The notes beneath the pieces were generated by a model. That model ran no database searches, had not been told where the DNA came from, and saw only the letters and a program-made list of their open reading frames with translations. Of a stretch of DNA of 64,000 nucleotides, positions 45,201-54,611 are shown piece by piece (the stretch's first letter is position 1; the number at the start of each line of letters is the position of its first letter). Source of the stretch: a virus; the IMG/VR virus record IMGVR_UViG_3300025645_000038, positions 32,001 through 96,000 of that record, one strand, 5' to 3'. The translations under genes were made by a program, and so were the position numbers.

Positions 45201-48200
45201 AGAGCAGTTGATACATTACAAAGAAGTTCACATATATTCTACACAGGTAGAACATCTGCTGAAAGAGTAAGGATTGACCACGATGGTAATTTGGGTATTG
45301 GCACAGCTGCTCCTTACTATAAAGCTCATATATCATTTGATAATTCTACTACATCATTTAGTGGTGGTAGTAGTGGAAATTGGGGTGGTAACGGACTGCG
45401 AATTGAAAATACTAATAGTACAACAGATACAAAGGCAACCTTACAATTAAGAGCAAATGATTATGATGCTCTAATATCTGCAGTTAAGAAATCAGGTGGT
45501 AATACAGGTGAAGTACATTTTAACGTAGATCCTGATGCAAATACAAATCAACTTCTCACATTAGCAGGTTCTAAAATAAGCGGTTCATCAACCTCAACTG
45601 GTTCGTTTGGTCATTTGGTAGTTGATGATGCTATTAAAGTAGCACACGGTGGTACAGGTACTACATCTTTAACATCTAATGCTATATTAACTGGTAATGG
45701 AACTTCACCTATACAGGCAGAATCAGACCTTACATTTTCTCCTGGAGGTTCATTATCAATTTCAACTACTCAAGATCCAATTTTAATATTAAATAGAACT
45801 AGTGGTGGAAGTTCCGCTATACATTTTAAAAATTCTGGAACTACAAAAGCTTACATTTATTCAGACACTAGTCAGAATTTGTATTTTGGAAATCCAACTA
45901 CGAATCCAGTATTAAAGCTTAATGCCGATGGTTCTTCTGTATTTGCTGGTAATGTAAGTGGTTCATCAACTTCAACAGGTTCGTTTGGTAGAGGGTTTAT
46001 TGCTGATGATTTATTTGTAGGTGATGGTACAACAACTGGTGGTATAATATCAGGATACAAAGCTGATGGTGCTTACTTATACCTACAGAATAGCACTACC
46101 GGTACGGGTCCTGCTAAAGGTATATCACTACAGGCTTATCAAGACGATGGTTATGTGGGTAACTATTCTAATACATCTGGTAAGTTCATAATCTTTGTAA
46201 ACAATGGTAACACTCATGCAATAACTATCAATGGTACAACAAGTCACAAACTTCTCACATTAGAAGATTCTAAAATAAGTGGTTCATCAACCTCAACAGG
46301 TTCGTTTGGTTCTTTAATAGTTGATGGTGTGATACAAGGTGCTACCGAAATAGGTGGTGATTTAACTATAACGGATGCTACACCAGCATTAACTTTTAAT
46401 GATACAAATGAACATCCATCAAGAATAAGTGGTAATGGTAGTCATGTAACTTTACAAGCTGATTATAATAATACTGGTGCTGGTTCAAGGATTGATTTTG
46501 AGATAGATGGTACTAATCAAGCTAGATTGTATGGTCCTACTGGTGACCTTACATTGTATAATGGTGGATTAGTAACTGCTGGTAACATAAGTGGTTCATC
46601 AACCTCAACAGGTTCGTTTGGTGATGTTCATATTGTTGATAAACTTCTTATCGGTACTAAAACAGCTGATACTGTATGGAATTTTGTACCTAGAGTACAA
46701 ATAGAGGGTACAAATGCTGCTTCATCAGCTTTTAATATAGTTCGTAACAGTAATGATGGTTCTCCACCATATATTATAATGACCAAAACAAGAGGTAGTG
46801 CAGCTGGTGGAGATACTCTTGTTCAAAATGGTGATATACTTGGTAGAATACTATTCGCTGGCGCTGATGGTACTGATAGAGCTCCGATAGGAGCAAGAAT
46901 AGCAGCTGGCGTAGATGGTACACCAGGTGAAAATGATTTACCAACTGAGCTAACATTTTGGACTACTGCGGATGGAGCACAACAGCCAACACAAAGAATG
47001 GTTATCAAAAGTTCAGGAAAAGTAGGCATCGGCGAAACATCTCCTGATTACTTTGTACATATTAAAGATAGTGCTCACACAAGATTACAACTAGAAGCAG
47101 GTAGTGTAAACCATCAAACTTATCTACAATTTGAAGCAGATAGACCAGCAGAAAACGATACAATAGGAAATATACAATTTAGGGTTGCTGGAAATGTTTC
47201 ATCAGCTATTATAGGATATAGAGGAAGTGGAGATAGCTCAGGTTATACGGTATTTACAAGTGGTGGTACGACTGAAAGAATGAGACTAGCTGAAAGTGGT
47301 GATATAGTATTTAGTGGAGCTAATCAAAAAATAAGTGGTTCATCAACCTCAACTGGTTCTTTTGGTGTTGGTTTCTTTGACGATAGTGTTGGTATGGGAG
47401 TTGCACCTGGTAACTCAAGTTATTTGTTGAATATAGAAGCAGCTCAAACTTACGCTGCAAGATTTAAATCAAGAAAGACAACTTCATCTACTTCTCAAAG
47501 AACGATGATACTGGTTGGAAGTGGACAAGACAAAGGAGCTGGTATCTTCTTTCAAGGTCCAGGTACAAATCTTTCAATAGGTGTAAAGGAAGATAATAAG
47601 TTTCATATTGCACCTGGTAGAAATGATATTGGTGATTCTAGTGCTTATTCTGTTACTGTAGATACAAGTGGTAACTTTGAGGTTACTGCTGGAAACATAA
47701 GTGGTTCAGCAACATCAACAGGTTCGTTTGGTAGGGTAGAAGTAAATTCAATATCAGCTAGTCTTTATCAAGGACAAATCGGTTCTCGTTATGTTCATTC
47801 ACAAACATCTGATTCTGCTACTTGGTCAATAAATCACAACATAGGACATAAGTATCCTGTAGTTACTGTATATGATACAAGTGACCAAATGATTTTACCT
47901 GAAACAGGAACTGCTACAGACTCAGATACATTTACCCTAACATTTAATGAAGCTATTCAAGGAAAAGCTGTAGTTTCTGTTGGTGGAATCGGTGAAAATG
48001 CTGGTGGTAACTATATATTTACACAAGATTCTTCTACTACAAATTGGAGAGTTACACATAGTTTAAGTCAACAATATCCAAATGTAACTGTGTATGATGG
48101 TAGTAATCAAGTAATTATACCTGAAAGTATTACAGCTGCTAGTTCTAACGAAATGGATATCACATTTTCAGATGCTCAGAGTGGATATGCTAACTTTTCA

Positions 48201-48554
48201 ATCGGTAGTGGAATACCGAACATAAGTGCAGAAAATGCTGGTAAGGTTCTAAAGGTAAGGTCAGGTGGACAAGGTGTGGAATGGTCACCAACATCAAACG
48301 ATGTATCAGGCTCAATGTCTGTTTCCGGTAGTATAACACCAACGATAGACAACTTTCATAACTTAGGTTCTGCTACACATAGATGGGCTAACCTACATAC
48401 TGGTGATATTCAACTATCCAACGAAGGTTCGGAAGGAAACGAAGTAGATGGAACAACAGGCTCTTGGACAATACAGGAAGGCGAGGATGACTTATACTTA
48501 TTGAATAGGAAGAATGGTAAAAAGTACAAATTTAAATTAGAGGAGATTACCTAA
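42279..48554 (+). CDS. Modular tail/neck fibre protein (2091 aa)
   Basis: Triple N-terminal repeat, 12 ISGSSTSTGSFG linkers, GIGT-type fibre motifs, two WxxxHxxxxxYPxVTVYD domains, C-terminal LGSATHRWANL...VDGTTGSWTIQEG domain. Confidence 0.85.
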   Translation: MANLKYIGKNILNHTLEIKKGDVSGSSSSTGSFGRGEVTTLEASSFGSSASTLISGSFTSTSSSLASRITTAETELGNTLISSSAQIASDISGSFTSTSSSLAGRLTTEEGNVDTLQARDLIAGAGLTGGGTLASDRTFNVVGGTGITANANDIQVDFSDSTLQTTISGSLGTNATLIRSLTAAGISGSFTPTSSSLASRLTTEEGNVDTLQARDLIAGTGLTGGGTLASDRTFNVVGGTGITANANDIEIDFSDSTLQTTISGSVTSVSSSLAGRITTEEGNVDTLQARDLIAGAGLTGGGTLASDRTFNVGAGTGVTVNANDVAIGQAVATSDNVTFGSVTTTGNISGSSTSTGSFGQGHFANSLGIGTTSPSALIHGTGTNGTTLRLKNTSSALNYIHLENSANTGNFIQTNADSIMLNADAFGSGGDVRLMTGNTIRVRVNEHGLGINATPADDIRLRVKSSDNDDGIQLDDQSGNSLFKVFQQSDGVGRLFVGGSSSGTVFTVTGGGDASYVKTGTFGVGVTSPTAELDVSGSLQVSGHISGSSSSTGSFGRVESDTFNATTFTSTEVTSTNLTVTGTITGSSLNVSGDGIFGGNIRAVGDVIAERYIVSSSVTHLTQSFSSGSTIFGDSADDTHLFIGSKISGSSNLTGSFGAVSIGKGTADNQRALTISGNVQLDNNNAIYFKRSTGTADPHIIYNSNNDFNIFNPLAGEIKFAVGSAEIVVVDSSGLTFNGSKTIGSSAGAGVITIAGNSGLKLKSGGGGGSGPIELIQGSTTYWSVGTSGALTGSADLVMNAGKNISGSATSTGSFGEVHTEGVKGLAGDYSSVLLVPDTLQFGNDADSMFRRRTSNDVEFRMAGSDIVRINTSGLQVENGNLEVESGNVIASGNISGSSTSTGSFGNLRVGDRTAHANRFTAYGGNEGFKVGYAQSGFLASTGAASDGADAEIVMTGTGGSAPFNNHGSIVYKTRAVDTLQRSSHIFYTGRTSAERVRIDHDGNLGIGTAAPYYKAHISFDNSTTSFSGGSSGNWGGNGLRIENTNSTTDTKATLQLRANDYDALISAVKKSGGNTGEVHFNVDPDANTNQLLTLAGSKISGSSTSTGSFGHLVVDDAIKVAHGGTGTTSLTSNAILTGNGTSPIQAESDLTFSPGGSLSISTTQDPILILNRTSGGSSAIHFKNSGTTKAYIYSDTSQNLYFGNPTTNPVLKLNADGSSVFAGNVSGSSTSTGSFGRGFIADDLFVGDGTTTGGIISGYKADGAYLYLQNSTTGTGPAKGISLQAYQDDGYVGNYSNTSGKFIIFVNNGNTHAITINGTTSHKLLTLEDSKISGSSTSTGSFGSLIVDGVIQGATEIGGDLTITDATPALTFNDTNEHPSRISGNGSHVTLQADYNNTGAGSRIDFEIDGTNQARLYGPTGDLTLYNGGLVTAGNISGSSTSTGSFGDVHIVDKLLIGTKTADTVWNFVPRVQIEGTNAASSAFNIVRNSNDGSPPYIIMTKTRGSAAGGDTLVQNGDILGRILFAGADGTDRAPIGARIAAGVDGTPGENDLPTELTFWTTADGAQQPTQRMVIKSSGKVGIGETSPDYFVHIKDSAHTRLQLEAGSVNHQTYLQFEADRPAENDTIGNIQFRVAGNVSSAIIGYRGSGDSSGYTVFTSGGTTERMRLAESGDIVFSGANQKISGSSTSTGSFGVGFFDDSVGMGVAPGNSSYLLNIEAAQTYAARFKSRKTTSSTSQRTMILVGSGQDKGAGIFFQGPGTNLSIGVKEDNKFHIAPGRNDIGDSSAYSVTVDTSGNFEVTAGNISGSATSTGSFGRVEVNSISASLYQGQIGSRYVHSQTSDSATWSINHNIGHKYPVVTVYDTSDQMILPETGTATDSDTFTLTFNEAIQGKAVVSVGGIGENAGGNYIFTQDSSTTNWRVTHSLSQQYPNVTVYDGSNQVIIPESITAASSNEMDITFSDAQSGYANFSIGSGIPNISAENAGKVLKVRSGGQGVEWSPTSNDVSGSMSVSGSITPTIDNFHNLGSATHRWANLHTGDIQLSNEGSEGNEVDGTTGSWTIQEGEDDLYLLNRKNGKKYKFKLEEIT
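42345..47732 (+). repeat. Twelve dispersed 36-bp in-frame repeats, consensus ATAAGTGGTTCATCAACCTCAACWGGTTCGTTTGGT
   Basis: Copies at 42345, 43320, 43911, 44217, 44691, 44961, 45576, 45954, 46275, 46587, 47331 and 47697; further copies at 41694 and 60192. Confidence 0.92.
42590..43250 (+). repeat. Three in-frame tandem copies of an about 228-bp unit
   Basis: EEGNVDTLQARDLIAG(A/T)GLTGGGTLASDRTFNV begins at 42603, 42888 and 43116 (periods 285 and 228 bp). Confidence 0.9.
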
Positions 48555-51500
48555 ATGGCTATTTTTAGTGGTGACATATTTGCCGAAAATTATACTGTAT
48601 CATCATCTGTAACCAACGTTCAGATATCATCTGTCTCTGGTTCTACAAAGTCTGGTGATACACCAGATGACACTCATCAGTTTACTGGTTCTTTATTCAT
48701 AAGTGCTAGTAGGATTTCATTTGACGATGGTAAACAAAATATTGCTGTTGGTAAATCAGCTCTTTATGGTATTACTTCAGGAGCTGGAAATACTGCTATC
48801 GGTTATGAGGCATTATTAACAGAAGACACAGGTGGTGGTAATACAGCAATAGGTTATCAAGCATTAAAACTTAATAATAAAGATAGTTCTACAGCAGGAA
48901 ATACTGTTATAGGTTATCAAGCAGCTACTGCTTTTACTAGTCACCAAAGAAATACTATTATTGGTTATCAAGCTGCTTTATCTGCAGATGGTGGAGAAAA
49001 TAATAATACTATAATTGGCTGGCAAGCTGGAATGAGTATGAATAGTAATGATGCAAGTAATAATGTTATCATTGGAAAAGAAGCGGGTACTGGAGGAACT
49101 GGTACATTAGCAAGTGCGGTAATTATAGGTGAAGGTGCTATGAACTCAACTGCAAATCAAGCATCTACTGGACAAGTAGCAGTTGGTAGGAGTGCTCTTA
49201 CTGCACTTACATCAGGAATTGGTAATACTGCTATTGGATACAAAGCAGGTCAAGGAATAACCTCCGATAGTAGAAACACAATCATTGGATATGAAGCAGT
49301 ATACTCCTCATCATTAAATGATGATATGGTTGTTGTTGGACACAAAGCTGGTTACAATCTAAAAGGTGATTCTGAACATGGTGGTGTACTTATTGGTTCT
49401 GAAGCTGGATATAATTTAACAGACGATGCTACTTATGCATTACGACCTAATATGTTCATTGGATATCAAGCAGGCTACAATTTCACAACAGCTAATCCAA
49501 GTATGGGTATCGGATATAAAGCTTTATGGGGAGAATATGTAGGTGCTAATGGTACTAGTCACTCTAATATTTATGGTAGTAATTTAGCTATCGGTGATTT
49601 TGCTGGATACGCTGGTGGTAATACAACAGGATTTGGTGGTAACACATATGCAGGACACTTTTCTGGTGAAGGTCATGTAGGTGGTGGATCTACACATATC
49701 GGTTACGAAGCTGGTAGATACACAGCTTCTGGTTCTCAAGATGTTTTTATTGGATACAATGCAGGAAAGATTACACACTTATCAGGTGATTCATCAAGCA
49801 CTCCTACTGCTAGATTAGGTCTTAACGTTGCTATTGGTTATAAAGCTCTGATGTCTGGTGGTACAACTAATGTTGCTATTGGTCATGAAGCATTGACACA
49901 TCAATCTGGAAGTTCTAAAAATACCGCTGTTGGATACGCTGCAATGGAAAACTCAGCTAGAAATATATCAGGTGTGACTGCAGTTGGTTACTCTGCTGGT
50001 AGTTCTGCAACGGGATTTTATTCTGTTTTAATTGGAGAGGCGGCAGGATATAACGCTAGTATAGCTACTGTTTCAATTGGTTACTATGCTGGATACAGAA
50101 CAGCAGCTTATACAACAGCTATTGGTTATGGTGCACTTTCAAGAGGAACAGGTACCAGAAATGTTGCAGTTGGTACAGACACTCTACGAGGATATCCATA
50201 CACACAAAACCAAGAAACAGGTAACAGTACAGGTACAAATAATACTGCTATTGGTTATAATGCAGGACTAGCTTACAATTCTGCTAGTTATAATACTCTT
50301 GTTGGTTATTCAGCTGGATACCGTATTGATAATGGTGAATATACTGTTCACATTGGTAACGAAGCTGGTAGATACGCAACCGGTTCTCGAAATACGTTTG
50401 TAGGAAATGAAGCTGGTAAAGGTGGACAAGCATCTGCTCCGTATAGTTCAGGTCAGGATAATGTTTCTGTTGGATATAGATCTCTTTATAGTTTCACAAC
50501 AGGTCAAAGTAATGTTGCGATTGGAAAATCAGCAGCTCAAAATCTTACCACTGGAGTTTATAATACCGCAGTCGGTAATGAAGCTTACTCTGGTACAACG
50601 GGTAATAACAATACAATAATAGGAAGGGCTGCTGGCGCTTCAATGACAACTGGTCAACAAATTACAGCAGTTGGGGCTACAACATTTAACTATCTCACAG
50701 TTGCTACAGATTCTACTGCAATAGGATTCGATGCGGGAGAATATGCTACAGGTTCCTACAACACATTCGTAGGTTCATCTGCAGGAAAAGGTGGAACAAC
50801 TTCTGCTCCATTTAGTTCAGGTCAGAATAATACTGCTCTTGGATATCAAGCTCTTACTGCTTTCACGACTGGTGGTTCAAATACTGCTATTGGATATCAA
50901 GCTGGATATCTAATCTCATCAGGATCTTATAATGTAACTATGGGATATCAAGCTGGTTACAGTTTGGGTGGAACTTTTAATAATGTAATGATTGGTAATT
51001 ATGCGGGAGCACTTAGCAACACAATAAATAATAGGAATGTATATGTCGGTGATTCAGCAGGTAGATATCTCGATACAGGTATTGCAAATGTTGCTATCGG
51101 TTATGAAGCTATGGAGTCAGCTGGTTCTGGTAATGACGCCTCATATAACACCGCTATAGGATATCATGCATTGGAATCAATCACAGATGCTGATTACAAT
51201 ACCGCTATAGGACAAGCCGCAGGTCAAAATATTGAGGGTGGTAGTGGTCAGAACGTATTTATTGGAAACAGTGCTGGTATAACTTCAGTTACCAGTGCAT
51301 TCAATATAATGATTGGAGTAAGTGCAGGTCTTGCTGCTACGGATGTGGATAAAACAGTTCTGATAGGATGGAACGCTGGAAGAAACACAACCGCAGACGG
51401 AACAATCGCTATCGGATACCAAGCTTTGCTCGAACACACGACTGGTGTAAGAAATATTGCTATTGGTAGAGATGCAATGAAAGGCACAAACGCTGGTTCT

Positions 51501-54500
51501 AATTCTTTAGGTTCAAGTGATAATATATTTATCGGTGACCAAGCTGGTGGTGGAACTTGGACAGATGCGGCTTCAAATGGTAACGTTGGTATTGGTACTT
51601 ATGTTATGGATGCATCTACAGATGGAGCATTATACAATACAGCAGTAGGTGCTTACGCTGCAAGTGCTATAACCCAAGCTGATAATGTCGTAGCTATCGG
51701 AAATAGTGCGGCTTATAGTTTAACAACTGCTTCAAATAATATCGCCATAGGATTTTCAGCTATGAAAGTTCACACAACCGGTGGTGATAATATTGCTATT
51801 GGTGCTAATGCGATGGATGATACTGATGCTGGTTCAACCTCTCTTGGTTCAACAAATAATATTTTTATGGGTTACAATGCTGGTGGTGGAACTTGGGCTG
51901 ATGCGGCTTCTAGCTATAATGTGGGTATTGGTAATTATGTTATGGATGGAGCTTTAAATGGAGCTACATATAATACCGCTCTTGGTCATCAAGCTCTTAC
52001 TTCTATAACAACTGGTGATTATAACGTTGGACTTGGATATCTAGCATTAGGTAATTCTACAACTGCTGGTACAAATGTAGCAGTCGGTGGATATGCGGGA
52101 GCATCAATAACAACTGGTGGAAATAATGTTTCTATTGGATACACATCCCTAAATACCGTTACAGTTGGAACAGATAATATAGCTATTGGAAAAGACTCTG
52201 GTAGATACACAACTGGTTCATACAACACATTCGTAGGCTCAGAAGCAGGAAAAGGTGGAACAACCTCTGCTCCGTTTAGTTCAGGTGAACAAAATACTTC
52301 TGTTGGATATCAAGCTCTCAAAGCTTTTACTACTGGAGGTCAAAATATTGCGATTGGGCACCAAGCTTCTATGGGTGTATCTACAGGAGCTAAAAACGTA
52401 GTTATTGGAAGGTCATCCTTTTCATCAGCTACAACAACTTCAAATGTTGTATTGATTGGAGATGAAGCTGGTAAAGCAATAAACTCAACAGACGCAAACG
52501 GAACAGTTGCTATTGGATATAATGCAGGTGCATCAATTACTGAAGGTCAATATAACACTATCATCGGCCACGGTGCAGGTGATGCTATGTCAACAAGTGA
52601 CCAAAATACTATCATTGGTTATAACGCTGGTACATCTATTGTAACTGATGGAGCTAGAGGTTCAACTCTAATAGGTATGCAAGCTGGAGAAGATTTAACA
52701 TCAGGTGGTTATAATACAGCTATGGGTAGAGGAGCTTTGAGAACTATGACTACTGGACAAGGTAATATTGCAATCGGTGACCAAGCTATGCAATATGTTC
52801 CAGCTAGTGCAGCAATTAATTATGTGATGGGAATTGGATATGCTGCTTTAAACGATGCTCCTAATTTGAGTACAGCGGCAAATGAAAGTATGGCTATCGG
52901 TTTTGCTGCGGGAACAAACGCTAGTAACTTAGCTGCAGAATTTGTATTAATTGGTTCATACGCAGGTCAAAAATATAATGGTGTGGGTGGTACTATCATT
53001 GGTTTCAATGCTGGACAATATGCAAGTGGTTCTTACAACACATTCGTAGGAAAAGAAGCAGGTAAAGGTGGAACAACATCTGCTCCATTTAGTACAGGTA
53101 CTTATAATACTGCTGTTGGATATGCCGCTCTTGATGCTTTCACAACTGGTGGTTCAAACACAGTTGTCGGAAATTATGCTGGTAGTGGTATAACAACTGG
53201 TGGTAGTAATGTTTTTATAGGTGGTCAGGCTGGTTTAAGTATAACCGACCATTCTCGAAATGTCACAATAGGTGATGGTGCAGGTAGAGCTGGAGCAGGA
53301 AATTATGCTAATAATGTAATAGTTGGATATGGTACGGCTGATAGAACAACTGGTGATTATCAGGTTATTATAGGTTCTCAGGCTATGGGTGGAACTTCTG
53401 TTACCGGAGAGAATAATACCGTAATGGGATTTCAAGCTCACGGAATTTCAACAGGACCCGGTGCTGCAGCAAATAATGTAACGATTGGATTTCAAGCACA
53501 ATACCATTCTTCTGGTAGTAATAATGTTGCTATTGGATATAAAGCTGGATTTGATAATCAAGCCACTGGTCAAACTTTTGTTGGATATCAAGCTGGTACA
53601 AATGTTACTTCAGGAGTACAGAATACTGCTATTGGATATAATGCACTTTATGTAGCAACAACTGGAGGTTATAATACAGTTATTGGTTACAACGCCGGTG
53701 ATGCTATCACGACTGCAAATTACAGTACGCTTGTCGGTGCCTCTGCTGGTAGTTCGATAACCACACAACAATACAATACATTGGTTGGTTCTTATTGTGG
53801 TTATGGATTAGATGCTGGAGATGGTCAGAATACGGCTGTTGGTAGAGAAGCATTGTACTATGGTGATGGTAGTGCTTCCAATGTTGCTATCGGTCAGTTA
53901 GCTCTGTACGGAGCATCCGGTACTAACAATGCTACCGCTAATGTTGCATTAGGAAATTCAGCTCTTCAAAATACTTCTACAGGTGACTACAATGTTGCTA
54001 TAGGATTTAAGGCCGGTGAGAAAAATAATAATAGTCAAAACATTTTTATCGGAAACCTTGCATCAGGTTCTGGTGCTGACCAAGAAATCGTAATAGGTTC
54101 TGGTACAAGCACATATCAGAATCCATTAATCGGTGGTGGTACTGAAACAATCAGAATAGGTAGAGCATCAGACTTTATCACAAATGATTTCGGTGAGAAT
54201 GCTACTTGGACACATTCCTCAGATAGAAGAATTAAAAAAGATATAAAAGATACCAACTTAGGATTAGAATTTATACTTAAACTACAACCAAAAGAATTTA
54301 AGAAAAAGGCACCAAGTGAGTATCCTAAAGAATTTGAACAACATAATTCAGATACTACGGAAAGAAAGAATCCAGATAGAATACATTATGGTTTCGTTGC
54401 TCAAGAAGTTAAAGAGGCAATGGATGAAGTAGGACACTCAGAGTTTCCTGTATGGAAAGAAAATAGAGATGGAATGCAAGAACTTGGTGAAACAGAATTA

Positions 54501-54611
54501 ATCACACCTCTTGTAAAAGCAGTTCAAGAACTTTCATCAGAAAACGAAAGATTAAAAGACAAATTAAATGATTTGGAAATATTTATTATGGATAAGCTAG
54601 GAGACAAATAG
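48555..54611 (+). CDS. Fibre protein: NxAIGYxA solenoid repeats with a C-terminal Peptidase S74-like intramolecular chaperone
   Basis: Dozens of N(T/V)A(I/V)GYxA repeats; HSSDRRIKKDI, YGFVAQEV, LITPLVKAVQEL and a terminal coiled coil. Confidence 0.88.
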   Translation: MAIFSGDIFAENYTVSSSVTNVQISSVSGSTKSGDTPDDTHQFTGSLFISASRISFDDGKQNIAVGKSALYGITSGAGNTAIGYEALLTEDTGGGNTAIGYQALKLNNKDSSTAGNTVIGYQAATAFTSHQRNTIIGYQAALSADGGENNNTIIGWQAGMSMNSNDASNNVIIGKEAGTGGTGTLASAVIIGEGAMNSTANQASTGQVAVGRSALTALTSGIGNTAIGYKAGQGITSDSRNTIIGYEAVYSSSLNDDMVVVGHKAGYNLKGDSEHGGVLIGSEAGYNLTDDATYALRPNMFIGYQAGYNFTTANPSMGIGYKALWGEYVGANGTSHSNIYGSNLAIGDFAGYAGGNTTGFGGNTYAGHFSGEGHVGGGSTHIGYEAGRYTASGSQDVFIGYNAGKITHLSGDSSSTPTARLGLNVAIGYKALMSGGTTNVAIGHEALTHQSGSSKNTAVGYAAMENSARNISGVTAVGYSAGSSATGFYSVLIGEAAGYNASIATVSIGYYAGYRTAAYTTAIGYGALSRGTGTRNVAVGTDTLRGYPYTQNQETGNSTGTNNTAIGYNAGLAYNSASYNTLVGYSAGYRIDNGEYTVHIGNEAGRYATGSRNTFVGNEAGKGGQASAPYSSGQDNVSVGYRSLYSFTTGQSNVAIGKSAAQNLTTGVYNTAVGNEAYSGTTGNNNTIIGRAAGASMTTGQQITAVGATTFNYLTVATDSTAIGFDAGEYATGSYNTFVGSSAGKGGTTSAPFSSGQNNTALGYQALTAFTTGGSNTAIGYQAGYLISSGSYNVTMGYQAGYSLGGTFNNVMIGNYAGALSNTINNRNVYVGDSAGRYLDTGIANVAIGYEAMESAGSGNDASYNTAIGYHALESITDADYNTAIGQAAGQNIEGGSGQNVFIGNSAGITSVTSAFNIMIGVSAGLAATDVDKTVLIGWNAGRNTTADGTIAIGYQALLEHTTGVRNIAIGRDAMKGTNAGSNSLGSSDNIFIGDQAGGGTWTDAASNGNVGIGTYVMDASTDGALYNTAVGAYAASAITQADNVVAIGNSAAYSLTTASNNIAIGFSAMKVHTTGGDNIAIGANAMDDTDAGSTSLGSTNNIFMGYNAGGGTWADAASSYNVGIGNYVMDGALNGATYNTALGHQALTSITTGDYNVGLGYLALGNSTTAGTNVAVGGYAGASITTGGNNVSIGYTSLNTVTVGTDNIAIGKDSGRYTTGSYNTFVGSEAGKGGTTSAPFSSGEQNTSVGYQALKAFTTGGQNIAIGHQASMGVSTGAKNVVIGRSSFSSATTTSNVVLIGDEAGKAINSTDANGTVAIGYNAGASITEGQYNTIIGHGAGDAMSTSDQNTIIGYNAGTSIVTDGARGSTLIGMQAGEDLTSGGYNTAMGRGALRTMTTGQGNIAIGDQAMQYVPASAAINYVMGIGYAALNDAPNLSTAANESMAIGFAAGTNASNLAAEFVLIGSYAGQKYNGVGGTIIGFNAGQYASGSYNTFVGKEAGKGGTTSAPFSTGTYNTAVGYAALDAFTTGGSNTVVGNYAGSGITTGGSNVFIGGQAGLSITDHSRNVTIGDGAGRAGAGNYANNVIVGYGTADRTTGDYQVIIGSQAMGGTSVTGENNTVMGFQAHGISTGPGAAANNVTIGFQAQYHSSGSNNVAIGYKAGFDNQATGQTFVGYQAGTNVTSGVQNTAIGYNALYVATTGGYNTVIGYNAGDAITTANYSTLVGASAGSSITTQQYNTLVGSYCGYGLDAGDGQNTAVGREALYYGDGSASNVAIGQLALYGASGTNNATANVALGNSALQNTSTGDYNVAIGFKAGEKNNNSQNIFIGNLASGSGADQEIVIGSGTSTYQNPLIGGGTETIRIGRASDFITNDFGENATWTHSSDRRIKKDIKDTNLGLEFILKLQPKEFKKKAPSEYPKEFEQHNSDTTERKNPDRIHYGFVAQEVKEAMDEVGHSEFPVWKENRDGMQELGETELITPLVKAVQELSSENERLKDKLNDLEIFIMDKLGDK

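Noticed and set aside
42345-47732. CRISPR array (repeat length is 36 bp)
   Set aside because: Repeat periods are 270-975 bp, variable, always in frame and protein-coding; the repeat is not palindromic; no cas genes are present.
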